DNA from: an uncultured virus (IMG/VR IMGVR_UViG_3300029305_011567)
Lineage: Duplodnaviria > Heunggongvirae > Uroviricota > Caudoviricetes
IMG/VR virus record: IMGVR_UViG_3300029305_011567
Strand: one strand, 5' to 3'
DNA length: 64,000 nt
Shown here: positions 48,568 through 57,785 of the stretch, one piece after another
Layout of the letters: the number at the start of each line of letters is the position of its first letter
Numbering within the stretch: the stretch's first letter is position 1
Program-made: the position numbers and the translations under genes
Notes under the pieces: generated by a model
The model's database searches: none
Told to the model about the DNA's origin: nothing
What the model saw: the letters and a program-made list of their open reading frames with translations, nothing else

Positions 48568-49071
48568 AATTAAATACCTCTTTCGTAATTACTGTATATA
48601 CTTAATCATAGTTGTTGGAATTTGTCAATTTTTGTAGTTTAATTATGCAAAATTTGCATAAAAGACAACGATTATTCGGATTTTGAATAGAAAGAACTAA
48701 ATATGCATAAATATAGTGGAAAATTTGCAAAATTTAACAAGATATGCAATAATAACGGTGAAATTCGTCGAATTGAACAGGCAGGAAAAAGAAGCACCGC
48801 CGGCAAGCATACGCTTCTTTTCCTGAACCCCCTTTGCTACTCCCAAAATTACATTTGTTTCGTAGCTGTGGATGATTAATCAAAAAGCCGCTCGATGAGC
48901 AGTTTCCTTGAACCTCTCCACGTCTGTGTATAGTACCAAACGAGTCGTCCTCGGACAATCGTTTTTGTAATACGCACAGATTGATAATAGCATATAATTT
49001 TGCGGTTTTCAACAACTTTTTTGAATTTTTTTAAACTTTTTTATTTTATACAAGACAAGGAGGAATTGGTA

Positions 49072-49767
49072 ATGATTAACCCATTAAAACTTTTTGAAAA
49101 TTTTGGTAAAGTAATTTCCTTGTTCAAAGGACTTGTTTCATTTTTAGCAAATCACAAAAAATGGCTAAAGCTCACCACTATTGTGTTGCTATCCGATGCG
49201 ATTGTGGCTATAACCACCTCTTATCTGCTATTTAATTATGTTTTAAATGAAACGTCCCAGCAGGAAACTGTAAGTGTTCCCGTTTTTTATAGTGCTCGAA
49301 ACAATAACCTAGACACAGATTGGGAATATTGTTATACCCTCAGACTAAACGGGATAGCGGAGCCTTTCACCGTCTGCCCTTACCCTTACCTCAGAGTAGA
49401 AAACAGGCTAACCCAAGACGTTGTAATCATAAACCTCAACAATGTTTTTACCAAAGATCTCTATACCTCAGAATACAACGAGTGCCAGCTTTATTCTACC
49501 GTGGAACTGGATCATTTGGAACAACTGGTGGCAGACCAGCTTGACGCTTCCCTATACGATGTACAGGCGGATATTCTCTACCAAGTCTCCGTCTCCATTG
49601 AAAACATTCCACACGATGAGTATGTCCTGCACAACAATGGGCAAGCAATCTACTACGATGGCAGCTGGTATAATGAAAATATTGTTATCGAAAGCATTGA
49701 TGCCGCTTTGTTTGCTGAACGCCAGAAATACGTTTTAGCTGAAATCACTAATTATTTTATCGAATAG
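49072..49767 (+). CDS. Membrane-anchored hypothetical protein
   Basis: AGGAGG RBS, TM helix. Confidence 0.6.
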   Translation: MINPLKLFENFGKVISLFKGLVSFLANHKKWLKLTTIVLLSDAIVAITTSYLLFNYVLNETSQQETVSVPVFYSARNNNLDTDWEYCYTLRLNGIAEPFTVCPYPYLRVENRLTQDVVIINLNNVFTKDLYTSEYNECQLYSTVELDHLEQLVADQLDASLYDVQADILYQVSVSIENIPHDEYVLHNNGQAIYYDGSWYNENIVIESIDAALFAERQKYVLAEITNYFIE

Positions 49768-49779
49768 GAGGAAATTATC

Positions 49780-51024
49780 ATGAGTTACCAAAAGATTGCC
49801 TTTATGCTTTGCATTGCCAGTATCATTACGCTGATTTTAATGGTCATCGCTTTAATTTTATGGCTTGTTCGCAAACATCGTGACTATTATTACTATAAAG
49901 ATATCGGTGCAAGTACGGGCGCGCATTGCATGGAAAACTGCGATAAAATTTGCAGAAGCATTGTTATCAGAAGTATCGTTGCAATAGTCATTACGGTAAC
50001 ACTATGTGTTTTACTGATCGTGTTTTACCTGTATTTTTACAGTTTTTGTTTTTCCTCCAACCAAAATCAAGAGGAGACTCGTACCGGGTACCATGAGCTG
50101 GAAGAGATTTTTACTGCAATAGAAACCACCAATCAGCTGATGCAAAATAGTGGCAATAGCTGGACTGTCATCCTGACTACTCAGTTGGGTATTGACGAAG
50201 CTTTCGTTTTAACTACAGAAACAGATTTTACCACTCTTCGACATGAATTTTATGCTGACGCATGGGATTTAATCACAGAACAACCTTCTGCTTCATCCGA
50301 CATCCTTGATTTTGCATATACCTATGGCATCTACTATGGCATCAAGGAAGTGGACTGTGACTCTTTCGCAGAACTGGAAAAGCAGCGGCTTTCCGTTGAA
50401 TCGCAGCTTAAACTGTCAGATCGTCTATCCCCTGCAAATACCTCTTTATATAAGCAGGAAATCTCTATCCGTCTGCGCGGTATGGTAATTAACGGATACG
50501 ATGCAGAAGAGGTTTATTACGCTGCGTGTGCGGCTCACAACGTGTACTTATCTGGACGCGCTGAAATGTCCTTTGCCGAAGCATCCTTGTATTTAACTCT
50601 GGCATATCGGCTCTACTTATTAAGTCTTCAGATGAGTGACGAAAAAGACAGTGTCATCCTATATGCCGCCGAGGAAGTATTATATACCATCACACGGCTC
50701 GACGAGGAACTACGTTATGATACTGAACTGGCAAGTACATTCCTTGATGATTACGAGCTACCATTACTGCTCTATGCAGAAGCTTATGGCCAGCTGTCGG
50801 TAGACCCGTTTTATACGACCTCACTAACAAGAACCAAGTCGTATCTGCTTCGATATGGAGGCGAGATTTGTTATATCTTAGGTGTTCACTATGGAATGAC
50901 CGATGCACTGGACGTCTGTATCTCCTATTATGAACAATATCTGAGTACACTCGCTGTTGATTCTGCTGAGTATAACCAGATCTATGCTGAGATTCTGAAA
51001 GCTTTAAACCGAAAGGAACAATAA
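49780..51024 (+). CDS. Two-TM hypothetical protein with helical domain
   Basis: AGGAGG RBS, two TM helices. Confidence 0.65.
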   Translation: MSYQKIAFMLCIASIITLILMVIALILWLVRKHRDYYYYKDIGASTGAHCMENCDKICRSIVIRSIVAIVITVTLCVLLIVFYLYFYSFCFSSNQNQEETRTGYHELEEIFTAIETTNQLMQNSGNSWTVILTTQLGIDEAFVLTTETDFTTLRHEFYADAWDLITEQPSASSDILDFAYTYGIYYGIKEVDCDSFAELEKQRLSVESQLKLSDRLSPANTSLYKQEISIRLRGMVINGYDAEEVYYAACAAHNVYLSGRAEMSFAEASLYLTLAYRLYLLSLQMSDEKDSVILYAAEEVLYTITRLDEELRYDTELASTFLDDYELPLLLYAEAYGQLSVDPFYTTSLTRTKSYLLRYGGEICYILGVHYGMTDALDVCISYYEQYLSTLAVDSAEYNQIYAEILKALNRKEQ

Positions 51025-51230
51025 ATAATGACTAAAATCTAGTAAAAGCAGTTGTTCGGTGTGCAACTGCTTATTTTTTGTTTTCTGTTCTTTCAGGCAG
51101 TTGCCCATGATACACAAAAAAGCGGCAACGTAATTTTGGGGGATTACGAGCCACTTTTTGTTAAACGTAAAGCCGAGAACCATAATGGTTAACCTTACCT
51201 TTGTATTATATCACTGAACCTTCTATAATG

Positions 51231-52055
51231 TCAATTGAACGTGTACGTACCTGTGTCCGCCTCCAATTCAATTAAAACAGCATTATGATCTGAAAGGTTT
51301 GCATCACAACAATTCACAATCTGCATTCCCTTTATGCAGGAATATGCTCTATCAGTAGCCAGTGCATAGTCTATTCTGGTAAAATAAAGGTATGTATATG
51401 CCTTTTCAGAGCCACCTCTTGCAATCCACACATCTTTCATACCTGCTGCCAGTAGCTTATTACGGCTATTCAGCATTTCTTCCCCAAGTACTGTGGTTGG
51501 ATTATCTGCGGCATTCAGGTCCCCTATGATAATCAGTTCCTTGCCTGCATATGCCTTGCTCTTTTGGCGTAATGCATCCCAATATATCTTACTGTTTTTA
51601 TAAGGTATGTGAATTCCGATAATTACAATGTTTCTGTACTGGATCTCACACCAACGATAAAAACCGCCTATTTCAGATGGTGTCGCCACACTGATACATG
51701 TGTGCGTTTTCTTTATAAACATGACCGTTATACTATATCTACCGGATTCGATTGTATCCCTTGCATCCGGCAACACTTCCCGGTACCCGGCATGTGCCAT
51801 GCTCATACGAAACTCTACTCCAGCCGGCGCATGATAATCAAATTCCTGCAATACCATCATATCCGGTGATATGGAGCGCAACTTCTCGGACAGCTTGAGT
51901 GCTGTATGGATTCTGTTCGGATGATTCTGATATCTTTCTACTTCGTAATGATAGAATGGCCAATCAACTTCCCCTTGAACCTTGTAATCATCAATGATAG
52001 GTTTTTTGGCGTTTGAACCACCAAAATTATTCACGTTTAAACTGATAATCTTCAA
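51231..52055 (-). CDS. Endonuclease/exonuclease/phosphatase (EEP) family protein
   Basis: SLNVN, LQE, GDLN, RIDY, SDH motifs. Confidence 0.9.
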   Translation of the reverse strand: MKIISLNVNNFGGSNAKKPIIDDYKVQGEVDWPFYHYEVERYQNHPNRIHTALKLSEKLRSISPDMMVLQEFDYHAPAGVEFRMSMAHAGYREVLPDARDTIESGRYSITVMFIKKTHTCISVATPSEIGGFYRWCEIQYRNIVIIGIHIPYKNSKIYWDALRQKSKAYAGKELIIIGDLNAADNPTTVLGEEMLNSRNKLLAAGMKDVWIARGGSEKAYTYLYFTRIDYALATDRAYSCIKGMQIVNCCDANLSDHNAVLIELEADTGTYTFN

Positions 52056-52073
52056 TACATTACCCTCCTTTTC

Positions 52074-52445
52074 TTAACTGTGGAAACCCATTTTCGTGCC
52101 AAATGCTTCATGAGCGCAGTTATGAAATTCGACTACATTTTCACCCGTTTCATTTTTTACCGCAACTTCAATGTGAATTACGGCTTTGCTGTCCATAAAC
52201 TCATGCTCCACATAGCAAGCCTTGATTTCTGCACAATCCGGGATGTTGTCGATGGCTTCACACACCATGGTTTTTACGGTTATTTTATCAAATACGTTTC
52301 CCTTTGTATATAATCTCTTATATTCTTCCTCATCCTTAAAATCCGGAGACGAATACTTACTCTGTTGATTTTTCTTTGCAAGCACATCAAACCTAATCAG
52401 TGAACGTGGTGTAGTATCTACTCCCGGTATCTCATTTTTCTTCAT
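52074..52445 (-). CDS. Hypothetical protein
   Basis: Operonic, RBS. Confidence 0.55.
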   Translation of the reverse strand: MKKNEIPGVDTTPRSLIRFDVLAKKNQQSKYSSPDFKDEEEYKRLYTKGNVFDKITVKTMVCEAIDNIPDCAEIKACYVEHEFMDSKAVIHIEVAVKNETGENVVEFHNCAHEAFGTKMGFHS

Positions 52446-52866
52446 GCTGATGCTCCTTTACATATAGCTGATAAACCTTGTCCTGCTTTAGAATGTCCTT
52501 TACCCGGTTTACAAACGCTTCTTCATCCTCATAGTTTTCGCAAACGTCCCTTGTGTCCATTCCTGCATTTTCTAACGACTTTTTTATCACTGCTGCCATA
52601 AACTGATTGTATATGGGAAAACGGACACTGATCGGCGGTACTTTATATCCTATCTGTATATCCTTAATACTCATTCTGTGAAATAACAGCGGATGTGGTG
52701 CATGAATCACTTCCTTACACGCTTCGCACTGATAATCAAAAATGGATTTGTCCATGATTTTAGAAAACAGCTCCATATGATAATCGTTAATACTGTCATA
52801 ACGCTCTACCATCTGTTCTCTGCCACATTTCGGGCATACTTCTTTATGTAATGATGCACTTGACAT
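52432..52866 (-). CDS. CpXC-domain protein
   Basis: CPKCG...SIN...F.YQCEAC...PLLFH. Confidence 0.75.
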   Translation of the reverse strand: MSSASLHKEVCPKCGREQMVERYDSINDYHMELFSKIMDKSIFDYQCEACKEVIHAPHPLLFHRMSIKDIQIGYKVPPISVRFPIYNQFMAAVIKKSLENAGMDTRDVCENYEDEEAFVNRVKDILKQDKVYQLYVKEHQHEEK

Positions 52867-52915
52867 GGTATTCCTCCTCTAAAATATTGTTTTTTCAAAG
52901 ATGTTTCTTGAACGG

Positions 52916-53332
52916 TTATGTCCACTGATAGGTGCCGTCCAATAACTGCGGGTGGTCATATTTATTTCCAATCACTGCTATTTCATCCGGACGAAACTCG
53001 GATAATCTGGTGGAATAGTCCGGCTCAAACAGTTCCGCTGCATACCAGCACAACTCGTCATTATCCCATTCAATACAGTAGCGGTGATCCGCACACTCAA
53101 ATATATCCCCTTCCCACTTTTTGTCATGTGCGCTGTCCGTAATACCCGTAAAGCGCCGAAGGGTGCTTTCTTCAATCCTGTGGAGCCGTGGGTGCTTTGC
53201 CCTGGTATCATGCAACAGATACTCCGCGGTATCATTCTTTGCATAGCCGTTTGGATAATAAACGGCATATCCTTCTACCCATTGCTTACCATACTTCTTT
53301 TTTGCACTGCATAATAATCCATTTACTTCCAT
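52916..53332 (-). CDS. YopX-family phage protein
   Basis: WVEG, FTGITD...WEGDI, VIGNKYDHPQLL. Confidence 0.85.
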   Translation of the reverse strand: MEVNGLLCSAKKKYGKQWVEGYAVYYPNGYAKNDTAEYLLHDTRAKHPRLHRIEESTLRRFTGITDSAHDKKWEGDIFECADHRYCIEWDNDELCWYAAELFEPDYSTRLSEFRPDEIAVIGNKYDHPQLLDGTYQWT

Positions 53333-53366
53333 ACGCTTCTCCTTTCGCCTGCTGCCAGCCTTTATC

Positions 53367-54080
53367 TTATTCATTATCCTGTTTCTTGTTGGTTATGATA
53401 TGTTTATCCTCTGCATGGTTAGGAATAAAAACGCCCTCCGAAAACTCCCCAAAACCATCCACGGTAAGTTCATTACGGATTGCATGGTCCAGCCATGTAA
53501 AATCAAGGACATCTTCCTTGATAATATCTGCCTTGTGTCCCCTGATGTTAAATTTGTCTGTACCGGAAATCCCGTTTTTATTCCGATATGTTACCACAAG
53601 GTACGGGTATTCATCGGTGATTTCATACACCTCTGAATTTCTCAATCTTTCTTGAAACTGAAAGATCGTATGATATCTTTCCTGTATTTCCCTGCGCTTT
53701 TTGATTTGTTTTTTCTGCAAATGATATAAGGAAAATAGCCTCTCAGATACTTTTGCAGACACCAGTTTCAACAGTTCATAAAACGTACATACTAAAATAT
53801 ATATGATAAATATTCCAATCAAAGTTTGGGGTATACTTGCAAGTCCACGATTACGCCACGCCGGTTGCAGGTGTTTGCACCATGCCTTAATGCATATAAG
53901 TGTAATTACGAATATCAGAACAGCATTGCATATTTGGGTGATCAGTTGAAAAATAGATGCACACAGTTTCTGACATTTTAACTGATTTTCATGAAACCGC
54001 GTTTTCTTATCATACATATCAAAGTATTCTTCGAGGATATCCTCGGTCATGTCGGAATATTTTACATTAAATTTTTCCAT
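53367..54080 (-). CDS. Two-TM protein, paralog of 54115-54771
   Basis: Shared NV.YS, QE.L...VYEI, LVV.Y...NG, LDFTW.D.AI. Confidence 0.7.
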   Translation of the reverse strand: MEKFNVKYSDMTEDILEEYFDMYDKKTRFHENQLKCQKLCASIFQLITQICNAVLIFVITLICIKAWCKHLQPAWRNRGLASIPQTLIGIFIIYILVCTFYELLKLVSAKVSERLFSLYHLQKKQIKKRREIQERYHTIFQFQERLRNSEVYEITDEYPYLVVTYRNKNGISGTDKFNIRGHKADIIKEDVLDFTWLDHAIRNELTVDGFGEFSEGVFIPNHAEDKHIITNKKQDNE

Positions 54081-54114
54081 ATCTAAGTTCTCCTTCTCGT
54101 TATAGAATCGTTTT

Positions 54115-54771
54115 TTATTTTATATCCCTTGGTATTAGCCTACTGCCATCCAGCGTGCGGAATCCTGCGTCTGCTAAATCCTCGTCGATGGCTCTGTCCA
54201 TCCAAGTAAAGTCAAGAGCATCCTTTTGAATAATTTGGTTTTTATATTCCCCTATGGGAAAATACTCTTTTTCAATCAGCCCGTTTCTGGATACATACTT
54301 CACAACCAGTGTGTTGATGTCGTTTTCGATTTCGTATACATCTTCCCCTTTGAGCACTTCCTGAAGCTTAAAGTATACTTTATACTTATGTTCCAGCTGA
54401 TACCGCATCCGGTTTTCACTCAAATTAAGGGCATACAAGGGATAATTTTGTTTTGCAACTTGTCTAAAACAGTACCCACTTATCATCAACCATTCCATAA
54501 TAATCAGCACCTCGATACAAAAGGCTGCCGCAGCGTTCTGAGGCCAATTTAGCCCCTTTATATGTACTACCCGTAAAAGATGCTGTTGTAATGCATTATG
54601 GCAGAATAAAATGACCAGAAGGCGTACAATCCATACCAGAAAGTTCATAATGCTGTAATTTCTTTTTTCTTTTTTCATTTTATAAGCGTCATACTGATAG
54701 AAATGTCTGGCATAATACATGTCTAACTTATCAGGCGTAACCTCTGAATATCTTACATTGATTTTTCCCAT
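54115..54771 (-). CDS. Two-TM protein, paralog of 53367-54080
   Basis: Same shared motifs as its paralog. Confidence 0.7.
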   Translation of the reverse strand: MGKINVRYSEVTPDKLDMYYARHFYQYDAYKMKKEKRNYSIMNFLVWIVRLLVILFCHNALQQHLLRVVHIKGLNWPQNAAAAFCIEVLIIMEWLMISGYCFRQVAKQNYPLYALNLSENRMRYQLEHKYKVYFKLQEVLKGEDVYEIENDINTLVVKYVSRNGLIEKEYFPIGEYKNQIIQKDALDFTWMDRAIDEDLADAGFRTLDGSRLIPRDIK

Positions 54772-54833
54772 TATAGTAACCTTCTTTCCTGTTTATGTTA
54801 GTGCTACCCCCGCATGATATACTGGGTTTACTC

Positions 54834-55151
54834 TTATAGGTGCCTGTCTATTTCGTAAAAGATAAATGCCATATAAAAGAAGATAGCGCATCCTAATGTT
54901 AGTATTAGTCCTATATCTGCCAGGTCAACACCATATGCTTTGTTCTTCATAAAAAACCCCGGAAAACGAAGAGGTGTGTATACACTTTGCGCTCCATGTT
55001 TTGCTATAAAATGCTTTTTGTGGTGTTTTGTGATGACAAGCAGGATGATACCGATTACAAATCCGATAAGCAATAGCAACGGCCAGTTCAGTGATGCTAA
55101 ATACTTACATGATGTTACAATTATGTTATGCAGTGTATTAAAAATATCCAT
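54834..55151 (-). CDS. Two-TM protein, paralog of the N-terminus of 55562-56155
   Basis: L.W..LL..GF..GI, FPG.F.KNK, DIG..LT..CAI. Confidence 0.65.
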   Translation of the reverse strand: MDIFNTLHNIIVTSCKYLASLNWPLLLLIGFVIGIILLVITKHHKKHFIAKHGAQSVYTPLRFPGFFMKNKAYGVDLADIGLILTLGCAIFFYMAFIFYEIDRHL

Positions 55152-55165
55152 GTTGCCTTCTCCTT

Positions 55166-55519
55166 TTATTTATCCTCAATTGTCCATACCCGGCTGTCAC
55201 TGGAAATAACATCATAATTATCATAAATATAGTCAAGAGCTGTTTCTTCCGTAATTTCAACTTTATACGTATATCTGCCAGTTGGAATTTTTGATTGTGT
55301 ATAAAAACCTATTAAATAAACACTTGCTGTTAACATACATCCAATCGCGCATACAAGGGTTCCGATAGCAATTCTTTCATCTCTTCTGCAAAAAGATATT
55401 ATATAGAAAACCACTGCTATAATAAGAAATATGGCTCCAACCTGTAAAAGATTGTCCCACCATACCGGAAGACTTGATACCATAATTTCTGTTTGCTCTA
55501 ATACATTTAAACTTTCCAT
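55166..55519 (-). CDS. Phage-type membrane protein
   Basis: Two TM helices; PTGRY.YKV C-terminus. Confidence 0.6.
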   Translation of the reverse strand: MESLNVLEQTEIMVSSLPVWWDNLLQVGAIFLIIAVVFYIISFCRRDERIAIGTLVCAIGCMLTASVYLIGFYTQSKIPTGRYTYKVEITEETALDYIYDNYDVISSDSRVWTIEDK

Positions 55520-55561
55520 AGATTCTCTTCTCCTGTTAAGCCTATTTTGTTATTATTGTCT

Positions 55562-56155
55562 TTATTCTAGATTGATATAATACAAAATCATTTCGTTTTT
55601 CCACTCTTCATAGGCTTCTGTATTATCAAATATTTCCAAACCATTACTAATACAATAATCGACGCTTCTGTTATGACTGGCGATATCACTGATAGTTTCA
55701 TCTGATAAATAACCGTCCCTATTGAGTTCTATTTCCATTTGCTCCATAATGCTTGCCTGTGATGCTTCAGACATAGTTTCATAACGTTCTTTTCGTTGCG
55801 AATCTGCGCTACTGTCTGCCCGCAGAGGTAATACATAACAATATACATACCCCAAAACGAATATAATTGCGCACGAGATAGTGAGGAATTTCCCAATATC
55901 TATGAAAAAAGGTCCGCGATACTTATTTTTTAAGAAAATTCCCGGAAAACAAAGAAATTCATGCTCTTTTTCCGCTTTTCCCTTGCCGACTTCATATCTA
56001 TGTTCGTACACTTTATCAATTACAATAAAGACAATACCAACACAAAATCCGACAAACAGTATTATCGACCAGTCTAACGCGCTCAAAAAACCAATTACCC
56101 GTGCAAGCGCAACGGAACTCCATTCATATAACCATTCATAAATTTTCATAATCAT
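55562..56155 (-). CDS. Two-TM protein
   Basis: Paralog of 54834-55151. Confidence 0.65.
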   Translation of the reverse strand: MIMKIYEWLYEWSSVALARVIGFLSALDWSIILFVGFCVGIVFIVIDKVYEHRYEVGKGKAEKEHEFLCFPGIFLKNKYRGPFFIDIGKFLTISCAIIFVLGYVYCYVLPLRADSSADSQRKERYETMSEASQASIMEQMEIELNRDGYLSDETISDIASHNRSVDYCISNGLEIFDNTEAYEEWKNEMILYYINLE

Positions 56156-56208
56156 TTCTCCTTATTTGTTTTTGCTTCTTGATTCTATTGTTATGCGTCT
56201 ACCGAATA

Positions 56209-56910
56209 TTACGGCAATGATAATAAATAGGCCTGCCTGTTCTGTTCCGGCGTTATTCTCTCAAATTCTATAACCCATACATAAGGGTTAGCGTACCAGC
56301 CATATTTATTAAGCTGCTCTTTTTCAATAGTGCTATTCCACAACTGCTTAAAATCATCTATCAATACTTGATAATTTTCCATTACGGCTTGTAACTGTAA
56401 GCCCTCTCTTGCTATATTTGTAACATGGTCTTGTAATGAGCCACTGTTGCAAATATCCTGTAACCGCTCCACTCTTACACCGGTAACTTTCAAAAAGATT
56501 CTAGCCGCCTCTTTGGGCATATGTATTGAAGGTTTCCAATTAAAACAATCTTTACCACAATTATGTATATCTGCCTTAAATGCATAACAGCCTGTATTAC
56601 CATATGTATGATTAAATTTTCCCTCTTTACAAGGTACTGCCCGTAAATCTCTACCACACTCGAAACAAGGTAGCCAGCGCCATGTTTCTCTCACATACAG
56701 CACGTCACCAGCCTTATAAGGTCGTCTTAAATACTGTTCTAGTTCTTTTATGTGCTGATTTTCGTAACAAGTACCATCTGCATATAATGTATAAAGTCCA
56801 TTATCCTGTGGATAGATATTGGTGGGGAGTTTTACCACTCTCCTAGTAACCGTCTTTCTACCCTCTAATATTGCTCTTACGTTTTCGGTATTAAATAGTA
56901 TGGATTTCAT
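56209..56910 (-). CDS. ASCH-like phage protein
   Basis: ILFNTENVRAILEGRKTVTRR, LYVRETW, WKPSIHMPKEAAR, NPYVWVIEF. Confidence 0.8.
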   Translation of the reverse strand: MKSILFNTENVRAILEGRKTVTRRVVKLPTNIYPQDNGLYTLYADGTCYENQHIKELEQYLRRPYKAGDVLYVRETWRWLPCFECGRDLRAVPCKEGKFNHTYGNTGCYAFKADIHNCGKDCFNWKPSIHMPKEAARIFLKVTGVRVERLQDICNSGSLQDHVTNIAREGLQLQAVMENYQVLIDDFKQLWNSTIEKEQLNKYGWYANPYVWVIEFERITPEQNRQAYLLSLP

Positions 56911-56942
56911 TTTTTAGCCCCCCTATCTTGCATGATTCTGTA

Positions 56943-57536
56943 TTAAAATACTTTTTTGCCAATAAAAGTTGCAACAATATCTCTGATATTTTTTTCTGCC
57001 ACTAATTTATCTGCTTCCAGGCTACCAATAACATCAGCATATGCTTGGTTTTGTTTTTCAAGGCAATTGATTATTGACCTCAACTCGTTAATCTGTGCTG
57101 TATTGTCCTTAATAATTTCAGTATACGTTTCTTTTTGTGCATTGATATTATCATTTATACTATCGAACTCGGCTCTTGCATCATGCAATTTGTGCATGAG
57201 TTTATTTATGTACTCTTGGTTAAATTCGTTCCCAAGGCCAAGATCAATGCTGTATAAAGTAATAACCTTGCACTTTAAAATATCAATAATGATTACCCAC
57301 GAACCGTTTAAAAAAATGTCTACCGCTTGCTTGTTGTATTCGTAATTTGGTTTGCCGGAAAAAATAAGAGTGCCATATTGAATCATTTTGTAAATATCTT
57401 CTTTGATTTTCTGTTCATGTTCTATTATAAATACGGTGATATCTAATTTAGACTCCTTATTCATGATTCGCTCTGCATACCGCTCTTTGCTATGTTGCGA
57501 AAAACTTAAATTATCCAGTGTGTACTTTGTATCCAT
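56943..57536 (-). CDS. Phage-type hypothetical protein with coiled coil
   Basis: SQHSKERYAERI N-terminal domain, coiled-coil C-terminus. Confidence 0.65.
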   Translation of the reverse strand: MDTKYTLDNLSFSQHSKERYAERIMNKESKLDITVFIIEHEQKIKEDIYKMIQYGTLIFSGKPNYEYNKQAVDIFLNGSWVIIIDILKCKVITLYSIDLGLGNEFNQEYINKLMHKLHDARAEFDSINDNINAQKETYTEIIKDNTAQINELRSIINCLEKQNQAYADVIGSLEADKLVAEKNIRDIVATFIGKKVF

Positions 57537-57587
57537 CGGTAAAATCCTCCTTTATACAGGTGCTATCCATACATAATTTTCTTTCTT

Positions 57588-57785
57588 TTACTCTATCTCC
57601 AACTTATCTAAAGCAAACTGTAAGGTATTCGCTACACTATAACAAAAATCTGCATATGATTCCGGAATTTCTTTCTCCTTCAAAATTTTCTCCGCCATCA
57701 GTTCCAAGTCTCTTTTGGCAGTTCTCACATCTCCTACGCAGTGTGCCTGTTCTTCCGTCAAAATGTATCTCACTTCTTTTCGCAT
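57588..57785 (-). CDS. Small hypothetical protein
   Basis: AGGAGG RBS. Confidence 0.5.
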   Translation of the reverse strand: MRKEVRYILTEEQAHCVGDVRTAKRDLELMAEKILKEKEIPESYADFCYSVANTLQFALDKLEIE

